Assembly (NCBI GenBank): GCA_023213395.1
Contig: CM041465.1
Coordinates: forward strand, 98,091,741-98,155,740
Direction: 5' to 3'
Origin: Cycas panzhihuaensis
Taxonomy: Eukaryota; Plantae; Cycadophyta
DNA: 64,000 nt
The notes under the pieces are model-generated. The model was not told the DNA's origin. It saw only the letters and a program-made list of their open reading frames with translations, and made no database searches. Positions 1 through 11,410 of the stretch are shown in pieces (the stretch's first letter is position 1; each line of letters starts with the position of its first letter). Both the position numbers and the translations under genes were made by a program.

Positions 1-750
1 CGAAAGGCTAGTAGGACCAACAGGCCTACTAGGAACAGTATGCGCCACATTAGGGGATGGCACATTGGTTTGGTTAGGGATGGGTATGCTAACCTTCAAT
101 TGAGGGAAATACACACCACGGGGAGATCCCGAAACACTAGGACCTCGATGAGGAATGGAAGGCGCAACACGTGCCCCCACTGCGGGAATAGGAAAGGAGC
201 GGGACATATGCGTAGGCACAAAGGGATTTGTTGTCAACGGAAGAGTAGATGAGGATGAGGCATGAGGAGGAGGAGAGGAAGAAGAAGGGGCTCCTCCACG
301 AAGAGCACCCTCAAGCCATCCAGGACGCGGTTGGAAGCATACCGCACAGCGACACTCGTTGAGAGCTTCAACTACGTCGATAGGAGGGGTTCCTACATAC
401 TCGTAAGAGGTAATTGGGACCTCGAACAAGGTAGGTCCCTCGGGATGCTCCTCATAAGAGTCATTGATCACATGGTAAGTCTCAAGAGGAGCGGATCCTT
501 CTACGACATGGGTAGAGGGATGGACATCGAGTGAGAGATGTTGGTCACTTGGGTAGTAAAGGGGTTCATTACCCTCTTGGGTGGACCCGGGAATAGAGGA
601 AGGAAAAGCATGGGTTTCTAAGGTTGAAGTGTGGTAGGCCCAATCAGAAGAGTATCCCTCCATAGTCAGATCAGAATCTGACAAAGGAAGAGGGTGATAC
701 TCAGGGTCTTCTAACGATGGAGGTAGAGCATGGCGAGAGAAGCGTCGCAT
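1..750 (-). CDS. Partial ORF (250 codons, no stop in window): Ser/Pro-rich N-terminus of the first ORF, probably Gag, of element X-left
   Basis: Manual translation from ATG at 750: MRRFSRHALPPSLEDPEYHPLPLSDSDLTMEGYSSDW...ECRCAVCFQPRPGW...VGPTSLS. It starts about 155 bp after the PBS, and the homologous frame in X-right is also open. Confidence 0.75.
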   Translation of the reverse strand, partial: MRRFSRHALPPSLEDPEYHPLPLSDSDLTMEGYSSDWAYHTSTLETHAFPSSIPGSTQEGNEPLYYPSDQHLSLDVHPSTHVVEGSAPLETYHVINDSYEEHPEGPTLFEVPITSYEYVGTPPIDVVEALNECRCAVCFQPRPGWLEGALRGGAPSSSSPPPHASSSSTLPLTTNPFVPTHMSRSFPIPAVGARVAPSIPHRGPSVSGSPRGVYFPQLKVSIPIPNQTNVPSPNVAHTVPSRPVGPTSLS

Positions 751-904
751 GCAAGATCAACCAACAGTGTTAGGGAAAAAGAGAGGGCGGTAAGGCACAC
801 GCGTTGGGGGCTGCCCAACGTAGAGATCGAAATAGGTATAAAAGGATCACAAAAAGGTAGCGAAACCAATGGAAGAGAGCGGAAACTAGCTCCCTTACTA
901 GCAG

Positions 905-922
905 TCCCCAGTATGGTTGCCA
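905..922 (-). other. Primer-binding site, tRNA-Arg type
   Basis: TGGCAACCATACTGGGGA lies 1 nt after the LTR-terminal CA and resembles the Ogre/Tat PBS TGGCGACTCCACTGGGGA. Confidence 0.8.
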
Positions 923-923
923 G

Positions 924-3622
924 TGGACGTGCGTCTACGGGATAGCTACCTAACTAAATAGGTGTGGTAAGAGCGGGTGGTAATGTGATTGAGAAAGAGA
1001 CCTATAAGTAGGGTAATTACCACGCAGGGCACCCCATGCGCCGGAGCGCGAGTTTGGGACTTGCAATAGAATGTGGCTACCAAAGGGTGATCCTCCACCA
1101 CTTCGAACAAAGGGTGAGGAGGTGCAGGGTTAGCCTGGGTTGACCTAGGGGAAGGATCCTCCCACCCTTGGATGGCCGGAAGGGAAAGAGGAGGAGCCTT
1201 TAAGGGTTTCCCTAAAGCAACGGGAAACGAAGAAGGATAGGCAAACGACTGGCCTATAGACGAGGTCACTTTGGTTATCCGGCAAAGCGAGGAATCAAAT
1301 GAAAGCAAGAGGGATGATCTGAGAAGATGGATCAAGGTATGCCTAAGCAAACTAACCGGGCATACGAGTAATGCAGAGGGCAAGGAGTTCACACAGCTAA
1401 GACAGAGGGGAAAGGTGAAAAGGAGCGGTTCCTATGACCTTTTCCTATGGGTAGCAGAGATGCATGCAATAAAACAAATAGAGCGTAAACCGAAAGCAAA
1501 GTTAAGTTTCCCTTTTGATCTCCGATATGTTAATTACTAAGAAGGAATTCAAAAGGAAAGGGTAGTAGGGTGGAGTGAGGCGTGCACCTAGACCGGAGGC
1601 GTGTGTGACGAGGGCCTTCTTGAGGGACACCAAACTACTTCACGAGGTGCGTCAGATGCGAGGCGTCGTGGCGAATTGGAAAGAGGGGCTCCCTTACCTT
1701 CCCCAGAAAAATACTAAAGTACAATGCGAAGGAAGAAAAGAACCGAATACTAGCGACTAAAGAAGTATGGAAGTACAATATGCGCAGGAGCACTTACTGG
1801 CAACGGACCAAGCGAAAAACATCTTTTGCGCTCTCCAAGCACCTGCAAGTAATGGCAACCTCCCCCTTTCTAGAGAAAGAGTACTAACATGCAATGACGA
1901 GATCCTAACAATACATGTCTATGTAATACAAATATAAACTTAAACACATATATGTTAGCATCAACACAACAATGATAGTATGTAAAAGAGGGCAACCAAA
2001 GTGAAAGAAAAGTAACCGGTAAGCCTCAGAGTGGCCCACCTCCCGCAAAGAACACCCCAACCTCCCCCCAAAAGCCACAAGGCAACGAGGGCAAGGCCAA
2101 GAGAGATGGCTAGAAATAGTAGCAAAGGGGTGAAGCAGAGCCAAAGAAGACCTACGGCGAACCGGGGTGCTATGGAGAGCAAATCGGGCTGCCGGGAAAA
2201 TAGTTAGACAAGGACAAGCAGTCAGGACTTATGTAAGTTGCCCAGACCTAAGCCTAAGCCCTTAAACCAGCGCTGCAATATGTGACAGCGCTGATTTCAG
2301 CGGCTAAGGAAGGGCCAACAAACCCTTGTTTGAGTGCCAAGGACAGCACGAGGCAAGAGGGAAGGTTTGGGGGGCTTAAAGCTACTTGAGGAGCGTGGAA
2401 GTGGTACGGAATCCACCCAGCTCCTTCCCAAACCCTATGTCAACCCTCAGTACCGCTGCCTTGAGCAACAAATGCAGGTAAAAGGCACTATGACAGAGGT
2501 AGAACAACCTAATGAAAAGAGGAAAAACAACCCTCACAAAGACAAGCAAGATAGAGCATCAATATCACAAGAGAAACAACTCAAATCAATAAATACTTGA
2601 GTGGAAGAGGAAAGGTGCTTGCCTCAGCCAAGGGTTGGCAAGGAGAGGCTGAGAAATCAACCCAAAACTGTGGTGTAGCAGGTTTGGGACCCTGCTAGTG
2701 AAGTTGGAAGGAGAACACCTGCACTTGGAACACTTGAAGACTGCCTGGGGCAAGAATCTACTGAAATCTCTCCAAGGGGCCCTCTTCAAGGTGTGTGAGG
2801 GGCTGGGAAGATGTCCTAGCCATCTAGGAAGGAGCTAGGCTGGAGGAGAGACGCAGGTCCTGTGGTAGCAGCAGGGCAGCAGAGAAGAGCAGAGCACAGC
2901 GTGGTTTCCTTGAGGAGCAATCCAAAAAGTGGGCTAAAAGTTCTCAAAAATGAGTAGATCATGCCTTAAGTACCCAACCCAAACCCTAAAGTGAGTGATT
3001 AGGGTGCGGCTGGCAGCGAGTTAAGTTGCGAGACACGTGGCAGTTTTGCAATAAATGCGAAATTACCACAGCGGATTTTAAAAAACAAGTTAGAACAGTC
3101 ATACCACCGCAAAATCTGCGGTACCGTGGATATTCCGGCGGTACTGCGAAAATCTCGGCGGTATCAACCCAGAGGCAAAAACAAGCCTGGCCAGCCAGCC
3201 AAGGCTATGGGCAAATGACAAAAAGGGCCAATAGGGGGCTAAGACACCCACCCGGGGGTAAACAAGCCAACAAACGGGTCCAACAGAGCAAAAATAGGGC
3301 TCAAATTGTGTGGCAAGTCAACCAAACGATGACGGGTCATCACACGGGCGGAGGTGGCGCAAACAGAGTGGATCTTGGAGCGAGGAGGGCAAATGCGGGA
3401 AGTGGAGTGGCCACCAGGGTGCCACACTTGCTGGGAGTGTGCCCCTGCTATAGTCGTCATAGGCTAAAATAAGTGTAGACGAAGACAAAGTCGCCTACAA
3501 AGCCACACACATGCAGACATGCAAGCAAACACTCATCAAATGAAAATGATGATGAGGCGAGAAACATACCTGCACTTACCTGAGTCGGTGATTCCGTATC
3601 CATTCTCGGAAGCCAGGAAACA
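924..3622 (-). repeat. 5' LTR of X-left (about 2.7 kb)
   Basis: TG...CA termini; colinear with the 2697-bp LTR at 60753-63449. Confidence 0.88.
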
Positions 3623-4935
3623 GATTCTCAAACAAGGGTTTACAACATGTAAATTCCATCATCACGTTCTTCATGTGATTCTCGAAGATATCTCTTGTAT
3701 GCTCTAAAGTCGTCTATATCCATCTACACCTATGCATCATACATTAAGATTTATCTTTGTGGTTGGCTATGCCTGAGTTGGAATGGGATTGTCGTTGTGA
3801 GTTATATGCAATCCATACTATGATGTCTTCCATGTCATTCTTTGTATTGCAAGTTATATAACCTCTTCAACTTGTTGCCCTAACATTTTGCATGTTGATA
3901 CACTACTCTCCTAGATGATTCCTCCCTTTCATTGTGTTTTGCCTTTAACACTTACTTTAATGGGCCTTTCACAAGTAATTCTTCATGCTATGTCATTAGG
4001 GTTTTCTCCTTGTTGGTTGACTCTAGAATGTCTCGTGGTAAGGCCTATGCTTTTAGGCATATATGTTTTCTTCTCCTCTGTCATTGATTCTGCATGCTTT
4101 ATATCACTAGACTGCATGCTATGGGGGCATCTTCCTTAGTTTTGAACATTCCATACAAACAACATAATTTTTTATATTTTTAATTTTCTTTTATTTCTTC
4201 CTTTTTGTATTTTATTTTCTTTAATCTTCTAGGTATTCAAATGCAGGTATAATTTCTTTTTATTTTTAGAACTTTTAAGGGTAGATTAGCTACTCAAATC
4301 CACTTGCAAACAAGTATATTTTTTCATGAACAAGGAGTGATTTTTGACCTCTAGATGTCAAAAAGTGTCTCCTTCATCTAGTATATGCAACACCTTTGCA
4401 ATTTGCTTGTTGGCTTGTAAAGAGATTGGCATACACCAACTAAATATTCTCACTTTCAACAAAAGATAATGTATCTTCAAAGAATGCAGACTTCAACATA
4501 AAGAACAATCATGTAACATTATTTTGGCTAGTGCCATACATATTAACTTATCCACAAATTTTAACTTGAAAAACTTCTGAGTAATCTCTCAGATTAGTCT
4601 CATTCTTTAAGTTGAAATATGTAATATTCCAACTATATTTAACCTCAAATATCTTTTAAAAATAGTAATAAATCAGCTCTAAAATTTTAATATGAATCCT
4701 AGAAAGTGTGCATCTCAAATAGACCAAAAATAACTTAAAAAACAAGAAAAAGAACATTGCAGGCCACTAAAAGGGCCCTAAAATAAATTCTAAGGAAGAC
4801 AAAAAAGACTCTAAAAAATTAAACAAACTAGGCTTTACAAAATGTCCTTCCAAGGATTCAACTATAGGCTCTAATGCTAAAATGTTGACTCTGATACTAA
4901 AATATTGAAAAAAAATTCTAACTTTAATAACACTA

Positions 4936-5307
4936 TGTTAGGAGATGACTGTGAAAGCTAATTGACAATATAAGGAGGCCCAACAAGGATATATAATGGA
5001 TAAATAGAGGTGAGTGTAAGATAGACACATGAGTAATAATATGATGAATATATACAAGTATGATATACACAAGATGTACAGAAGAATGGTCAAACTTTAT
5101 CTCATTGAAAGAATCATGTACATATTTATAAAATAGTTTACTTCATGTAAAAAACCCTCTACATCAACTTGTGTATACTGAGACACATGTTTAGGTGACT
5201 ATAATATAATATTTACAAAATATTGAGAAAATAAGAATGGGGTTAGATATAACATCTAATGTAATTGAATATTACCATCTAATGTAATTGAATATTACCA
5301 TCTAACA
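4936..5307. repeat. Possible short Copia-type solo or orphan LTR
   Basis: Termini are TGTTAG...CTAACA, and a degenerate reverse Met-PBS (actctgatacta) lies nearby at about 4888. There is no clean TSD. Confidence 0.35.
5253..5305 (+). repeat. 23-bp tandem duplication (about 2.3 copies)
   Basis: catctaatgtaattgaatattac repeated exactly. Confidence 0.9.
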
Positions 5308-5599
5308 CTAATAACTCCACCCCTAATAGTTAAATTTAATTGTAATCAACTATTTGAAGAAAGGATTTATCTAAAAGTACAATAATTTTATTATATCTAT
5401 ATCTATTTATCTATATATGTGTGTGTATGGGTGTTTTATCGTTTTTTTTTTTGTTAATTTTACTATTGATAATGATTAATATTTTAAAAATAAATTAGAT
5501 AATTGATACCTTTGTTAGATGATTTACTAGTAGTAAATCACTTCAAATGAGCTAAATAAGAACCTAACTTTGTTTAGAGATTAAACTATTACATGGATC

Positions 5600-5880
5600 T
5601 CCATCTAATAGAGGATTCCAACCATTAACTACGTAACTTTTTTAAAGAACCTCTTAGAATTATCCTTGGTTTTTCAAATTGACAGAAAATTTATGGAGCC
5701 TTTCACTTTAACCTTAGCCATATTTTAGATAGATATTAGCTAAGCTAAGATTTTCCAAGCTTTCTTAATCATGAAAAGCCATCTTCAATATTTGTTCTAA
5801 CTTGTAACTTCCAAGAAGGATCTCCTTATGAAGCCTTAATTATTCACTTTGTCACTAAGGCTTGGCCATGGATTATAGCA
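5600..5880 (-). pseudogene. L1-like LINE ORF2 remnant (region after the RT domain)
   Basis: The minus strand reads QALVTK*IIKAS*GDPSWKLQVR, resembling the plant L1 'AL..KW.........W..L+R' segment. A possible 'FLW' segment at about 13250 suggests element A split the LINE. Confidence 0.4.
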
Positions 5881-6049
5881 TCTGACATGAGCTCAGTAAA
5901 TAGTAGCACTATATACTAGTAAAATATTTAATGGATAATCACAATAGATATGAAATTAATCCAACATATATGAATCTCAAAAAATAACAGTAACTAATAG
6001 TAGTAATGATATCATAATAGAATAATTGAGTAAAATTAATTCATCTTAA

Positions 6050-6324
6050 TATTGAAAAATAAACCTGCAGAAAAATAATATTGACAAAACAGAATAAACC
6101 ACCTCAGGATCAAATGGTACCCTTAAGGTACCTCAAATTGTATTAACACCAACAAAACATCTTTATAACAGATACTTCATATAATACACTATATGTATAT
6201 TTATAATACATGATATGATAGTTTATGGGACCCATCATGTGTGTGGGACATAATAAAAATATAATTGCATACAAATGTGTATTACCAATATTCCTCAGGA
6301 GCCGTGAACTAAGTTATTCCAACA
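6050..6324 (-). repeat. 3' LTR of element A
   Basis: Ungapped match to 12802-13076; adjacent PPT. Confidence 0.92.
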
Positions 6325-6438
6325 CTCCCCCTTAATGCACATTTAGGTCATTTGTATTTACAATGCTTTGTTCTTAGAAATGTCTTGAAGATGATATCTT
6401 CAACTTGATCCTTGTCTTTAATCATATAGTGATGTCTT

Positions 6439-6761
6439 TGTTGGAAAACATAACTGAAGTAAACACGGTCGACATGATCTTTTACATCAGGCAGATATCA
6501 AGTAGAAATAGATTGCATGGGATACCAGATTGCCATGGGAAACCCTTACAAGTGAAAATCCACAAATAATAATAATCACATTATGACAAAATGATGTTGT
6601 TACAAAGAATGGACTTTGATCTATATTTATAGATCTAAAGTACTAAAATATCAATACAATTACATCTGTCGACTCACTACACTTGAAAATATTCCTCCAC
6701 ATAATTAGGCACATAAATAGGGTCCCATTTATATTAGTTGGTATGGATACATATTCTAACA
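6439..6761 (-). repeat. 3' LTR of element B
   Basis: Ungapped match to 10180-10502. Confidence 0.92.
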
Positions 6762-9700
6762 TCCCCTCTTAATGTAAATGTGGGGTAACAAGGTTTATCA
6801 TTGGGAATACATCTCCTTTCAAGGATAACCTTACCCAACCTAATATGCACAAACGTCGATATAGTGATCTTTAGTTTGAGCTTGGTGAATACGTCTACAA
6901 GTCGATCTCAACTTGGATAATCTTCAACCTGTATCTTTCCTGATCTGATCTTCACTCAGATGTAATGGTGTTATGCCTCGTATATGCTCGATTCTTTAGA
7001 AATACTCCAACAGGCTTGCAACCATACAACTCTCTCTACACCTGATACTTTATCCATACAATTCAGCCATATTCCTTTGACTAAACCAAGAGGTTGAGCC
7101 ACTTGAGCTATGTGAATCACCTATTTAAGTCTTTATTAAGGAACACTAATATATGATATGATACCCAACTATCTAAAGCTGCTAAAGTAAGGATTAAACA
7201 GACTAGTAAATAGAGATTAGTGTAAATGTCTCATCATACCTTAATCCTTCTTCTTGCTAGAGGTCACTTGTGCAACAAGTCTTCAAACTTGCAAACTGAC
7301 CAGGATCTTTACTTCAATATAGCTCTCCATTGTGAATCAACACTTGCTGGAATGTTGGTATCTATCATAAATTTTGATTGGTATGCTGATCCATGATCTT
7401 CCATCATCCTGTAGGTCTTCAACTGTTAATGAAACATGGGGTTGTAATCCATGTCTCATCATCTAACAACTCTTCATCATCAATCTTTCACTAGGTCCTG
7501 TTTTTGTCTCAAGCACAATGTTAGGTAAACAAACCTCCACACCTACTGAATAATGATTTAGAAAAATGAAGTAATGAAAGATAAAACCTGTAACCAAATG
7601 ACACTAAGCATAATACGTCATAAACTCATATGACATCTAGACTTATCACAATGCATTCCCATGTAGATCACACTATTTGTAAGCTAAATAACCCATAGGC
7701 TTCAAACTCTTGCAATCTTACTACTACAATCTTCGTCTAAGATGCATGCATTCTAATGCACCAAAGGAAACAAATGGAAGGCTTCTAACTTGGTCCAAAT
7801 ACATAAGATATTAGGGGGAAAATATGCCACGAACAATCACAACAAGGGATCCTAACTACCTATCTACTACAACTTCTACCATCAAATCTATGGGAGGCAA
7901 ACTCTAACCTGCACCAACCTCACTATCTATATCATGATATTTACTTGCAATGCAACCTTACAGGCCAATTGTACATACCATGACAAAGGCATCACTGATT
8001 TTAAGGCATCTTGTCTTAGACCTTTCCATTCACACTTTAAATTTCATCAAACACACTATCTTGGGTCCACATCAGACTTGTTCAGATATGCACCCATGTA
8101 GAACCAGCATCAAATAGACCATAAACCTCATGCTAACATCAATCCAACTAGTCAAAGTATAAAGGTCCATCATCAACTAACAACCACTCATACACATAAA
8201 TTTTGAACTTCATGTCATCTCATACACATCAAATGCAACAAAACTTGAATGTAACTGTATATAACACACTCATATCACTGAATAATCACATAAACATGAA
8301 CTTATGTAATGATCTATGGCACACTAATAGTAGTAACAGAGTTTGCATTAATTTGCAACTAAGGTATCTCACGCCCTTCTTCACCCATAAGCTATTTTAT
8401 GTAAACCACATGAAAAGATAATCAAATATCACCTTATATCACCTACTCTCTCTCACCCTATCATGCCTTCAAAATTGCCTAATCAACTTGCCATGTAACT
8501 CACACGTAACAAGTGCCTTATCTCGCCCTTCAACAATTGCCTCTTCACCTAACTCACCCTCTTTGTAAAGCATATACAAGAGAGCTAGGTATCACCCTTT
8601 TAATCCTCTCATGAAATCATATACAAGAGCACAATCTAATGTTTCAAGATCACTTAAATAGCCACTACTATAGTGCCTAAGAGAACACTTACTTTGCCTT
8701 CAAACATTACCATATTTATGCCATTAAAGATAAGCCATATTACACTTAATAGCAAAATGAATGACTTTAAATGGAATAATATATTGATGTAGCGTAAGAG
8801 ATATAATGACAAAGTGAGCAACCTCATTAAATCATATAACTTTGAAATGTATCAAAGTAATATGTTAAACAAGAAAATAGATAACTTGAATTTAAAAACA
8901 TATGGATAGATAAGGGCATCTTTACCAATATTGAAATATATCAATGTGTGAACTTTATAAAGTAGACAAATTGATATTATATTATCAATCAAATGCCACT
9001 TTATATCAATGGGCATTGAAAAAAATATCAAGACGCCACAGGCAACATCAAAAAATATACATACAAAGATTGTATATAAGCCAGTGACCAGATTACATTG
9101 GCGACTTTATTCTGAACGTGAACAAGTGGCCTGCATAAATATATCACGGATGATGGCACGACATAGTATATGTGGAGATAGTGGTGCAATATATCATCCA
9201 CGACTGCATGTAATCATGCATGCAAATACATAACCCACAGACTGATTAAGGTACAAAGTCAGATTTATCTCAAGTGACTCAGTATTCATGCAGGGCAAAC
9301 TCATTACAAGAAAAACAAGGCAATTTCAAAATATATCATGTGCAGACCACATATATATTTAAATATGAGCAGATAACATTTGATTTAATATGGCTAGGTG
9401 ACTTCATATTAACAATACACAGGCAGATACATAGATCAGGCTATAATATATTATCATCACGCATCAGACGTATAACAAACACCATTACAATAATATAGTA
9501 TTAACAGTTTGACGGATTGTAATATGAACTAACATCGGTGGAATAAATTTAACAGCTAGGCTATAATAAATGGAGGTGACAAAAATATTAATGACATTTT
9601 AATATTTTCACATTGTGGATTAAATAAATCATCACACAACAGTTTGGGCAAATCATATTAACACACATGGCATCTCAAATATATCACGGTGATTATATAT

Positions 9701-10179
9701 ATTGACATGTAGTGGTGATACAATATATATATTGAAACCCTAAATATTAATGAGTAATTAATATATTGATCATACCTCAAATATTTGATTATATTGATGA
9801 CATATGGGTCTGCAATTAGGTTTGCTGGGGTTATGCACTCTCCCACTAGTAACAGAGGGTTGGTAATCATCTCTAGGGTATGTAAACTCAGTGGCATCAT
9901 CAAATAAGAATCTGACACCTTCAATAGGCTCAAACGACACTCACATGGCTGGCAACAAAGTCATAACTCATCCACACACCTTCGTATAGCTCAAAATACA
10001 TGTAAACAAGGATAGAAGGCTTCCACAATCTACCAACAATCATCTATAGCTCCGTGGCTATTTTGCAGGGTCATCAAACACATCAATCTACTTAGGACAA
10101 TCCAACATGGCCTGACACCATCGATTGGGCCTTCGACAATGATCATCTGCCTGTGCACAACCTACAAGCTCTAACACCA

Positions 10180-10502
10180 TGTTGGGAAACACAACTAAAG
10201 TAAACAAGGTCGATAAGATCTTTCACATTAGGCAGATATCAAGTAGAAACAGATCACATGGGATACTAGATTGTCGTGGGAAATCCTTACAAGTGAAAAC
10301 CCACAAATAATAGTAATCAAATTATGACAAAATGATATTGTTATAAAGGATGGACTTTGATCTATATTTATAGATCTAAAGTGCCCAAATATCAATATAA
10401 TTACATTTTTCAGATGACTACACTTAAAAATATTCCTTCACATAATTAGGCACATAAATAGGGCCCTATTTACATTAATTAGTATAGACACATATTCCAA
10501 TA
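10180..10502 (-). repeat. 5' LTR of element B
   Basis: Adjacent to the Met-type PBS. Confidence 0.92.
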
Positions 10503-11099
10503 GTCTTTATTGTAGGATGATGTTTTCAACTTGATTTTCATCTTCAATCATGAAATGATATCTTTACTATAATAGCTCTAGCAAGTGCAAATCTTAATTC
10601 TTCATCGTGGTTTGTCTAGTTTGATTTTGATATAGATCCTATAAAGTAACCATCTTCAAATACAACCTACTTGTGATCATTATCCTATATAAATTCTTGA
10701 TCAATATATACAATAGTGATTTCTTCAACCTTTTGAGTGGAATCTTCATCGGCTTGTATATTCTTTGAACTTAAATCAATACTCAAAGCAGGAACATCAT
10801 TTAGACTTGAATCAAGATGAGACTCATCTTCTATAGGACCATCAGAGTCATATTTAATTCTTTTTTAAATAATAATGTCATCTATGTAAACTTCTATTGA
10901 TTCATCACTCTCAACATCTTCAATAGTAGTACTAGTCTCATCAATGCATTCAACCATTGTCTCTTTATGTTTAGTAGAGTTTTATCAAAGTATTCTTGAC
11001 ACACTATTTCATCAGTGTCAATAATACTTTCTTCATTTGTTTTACCTATATCATAACCATCAATAATCTTATTTGTCATTTTAATCATTTATTGTATCT

Positions 11100-11410
11100 C
11101 TTTAGGAGTTTGTTCAAATACATCTCTTAAAAAATCCTAAGCTTCCTTAGCAGTACTTGCATCATGAATCTTAGGAATGACAAAATAATATACAGAAGGA
11201 AGATCAAACTTATCTAATATAACAAGAATCATGATAAATGCTTTTTTGTCTTTCTTCTTAAGCATTTCTTTTTCTTCGTCATCCTTAGGAATAATGTATC
11301 CATCAGTAGCAAATCTCTATAAGCCTCTAACTATGAATAGACATCTTATTTTAATTATCCAAATGAAATAGTTTTCTCTATTACACTTAGGTATCAAAAG
11401 AAGCGTATTC
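11100..11410 (-). pseudogene. Copia gag N-terminal (UBN2/DUF4219-like) remnant of element A
   Basis: IPKCNRENYFIWIIKIRCLFIVRGL*RFATDGY...KDKKAFIMI...IPKIHDASTAKEA*DFLRDVF; both stops fall at conserved Trp positions. Confidence 0.8.

Larger units (their letters stand above)
1..3622 (-). mobile_element. Gypsy Tat/Ogre-like LTR retrotransposon 'X-left': 5' LTR, PBS and start of gag; runs off the left edge
   Basis: On the minus strand the LTR reads TGTTTCC (3622) to CCA (924), followed by a PBS and an open ORF. Positions 380-3622 are the reverse complement of 60753-64000 at high but incomplete identity. Confidence 0.9.
6439..10502 (-). mobile_element. Decayed, internally shortened Copia element 'B' nested in A
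   Basis: 323-bp LTRs at 6439-6761 and 10180-10502; TSD gtctt at 6434-6438 and 10503-10507; PBS tggtgttagagc at 10168-10179; PPT at 6762-6770; RNase H C-terminal remnant (RIEHI..HHYI..LVDVFTK) at about 6870-7000. Confidence 0.92.

Noticed and set aside
2974-3005. Telomeric repeat (aaaccctaa / ttaggg)
   Set aside because: These are only isolated telo-box-like units within the LTR promoter region, not a tandem array.
3095-3170. CRISPR-like array interpretation of the periodic palindromes
   Set aside because: The units are 20 bp with a core of about 10 bp, there are only 2-4 copies, they lie inside eukaryotic LTRs, and there are no cas genes.
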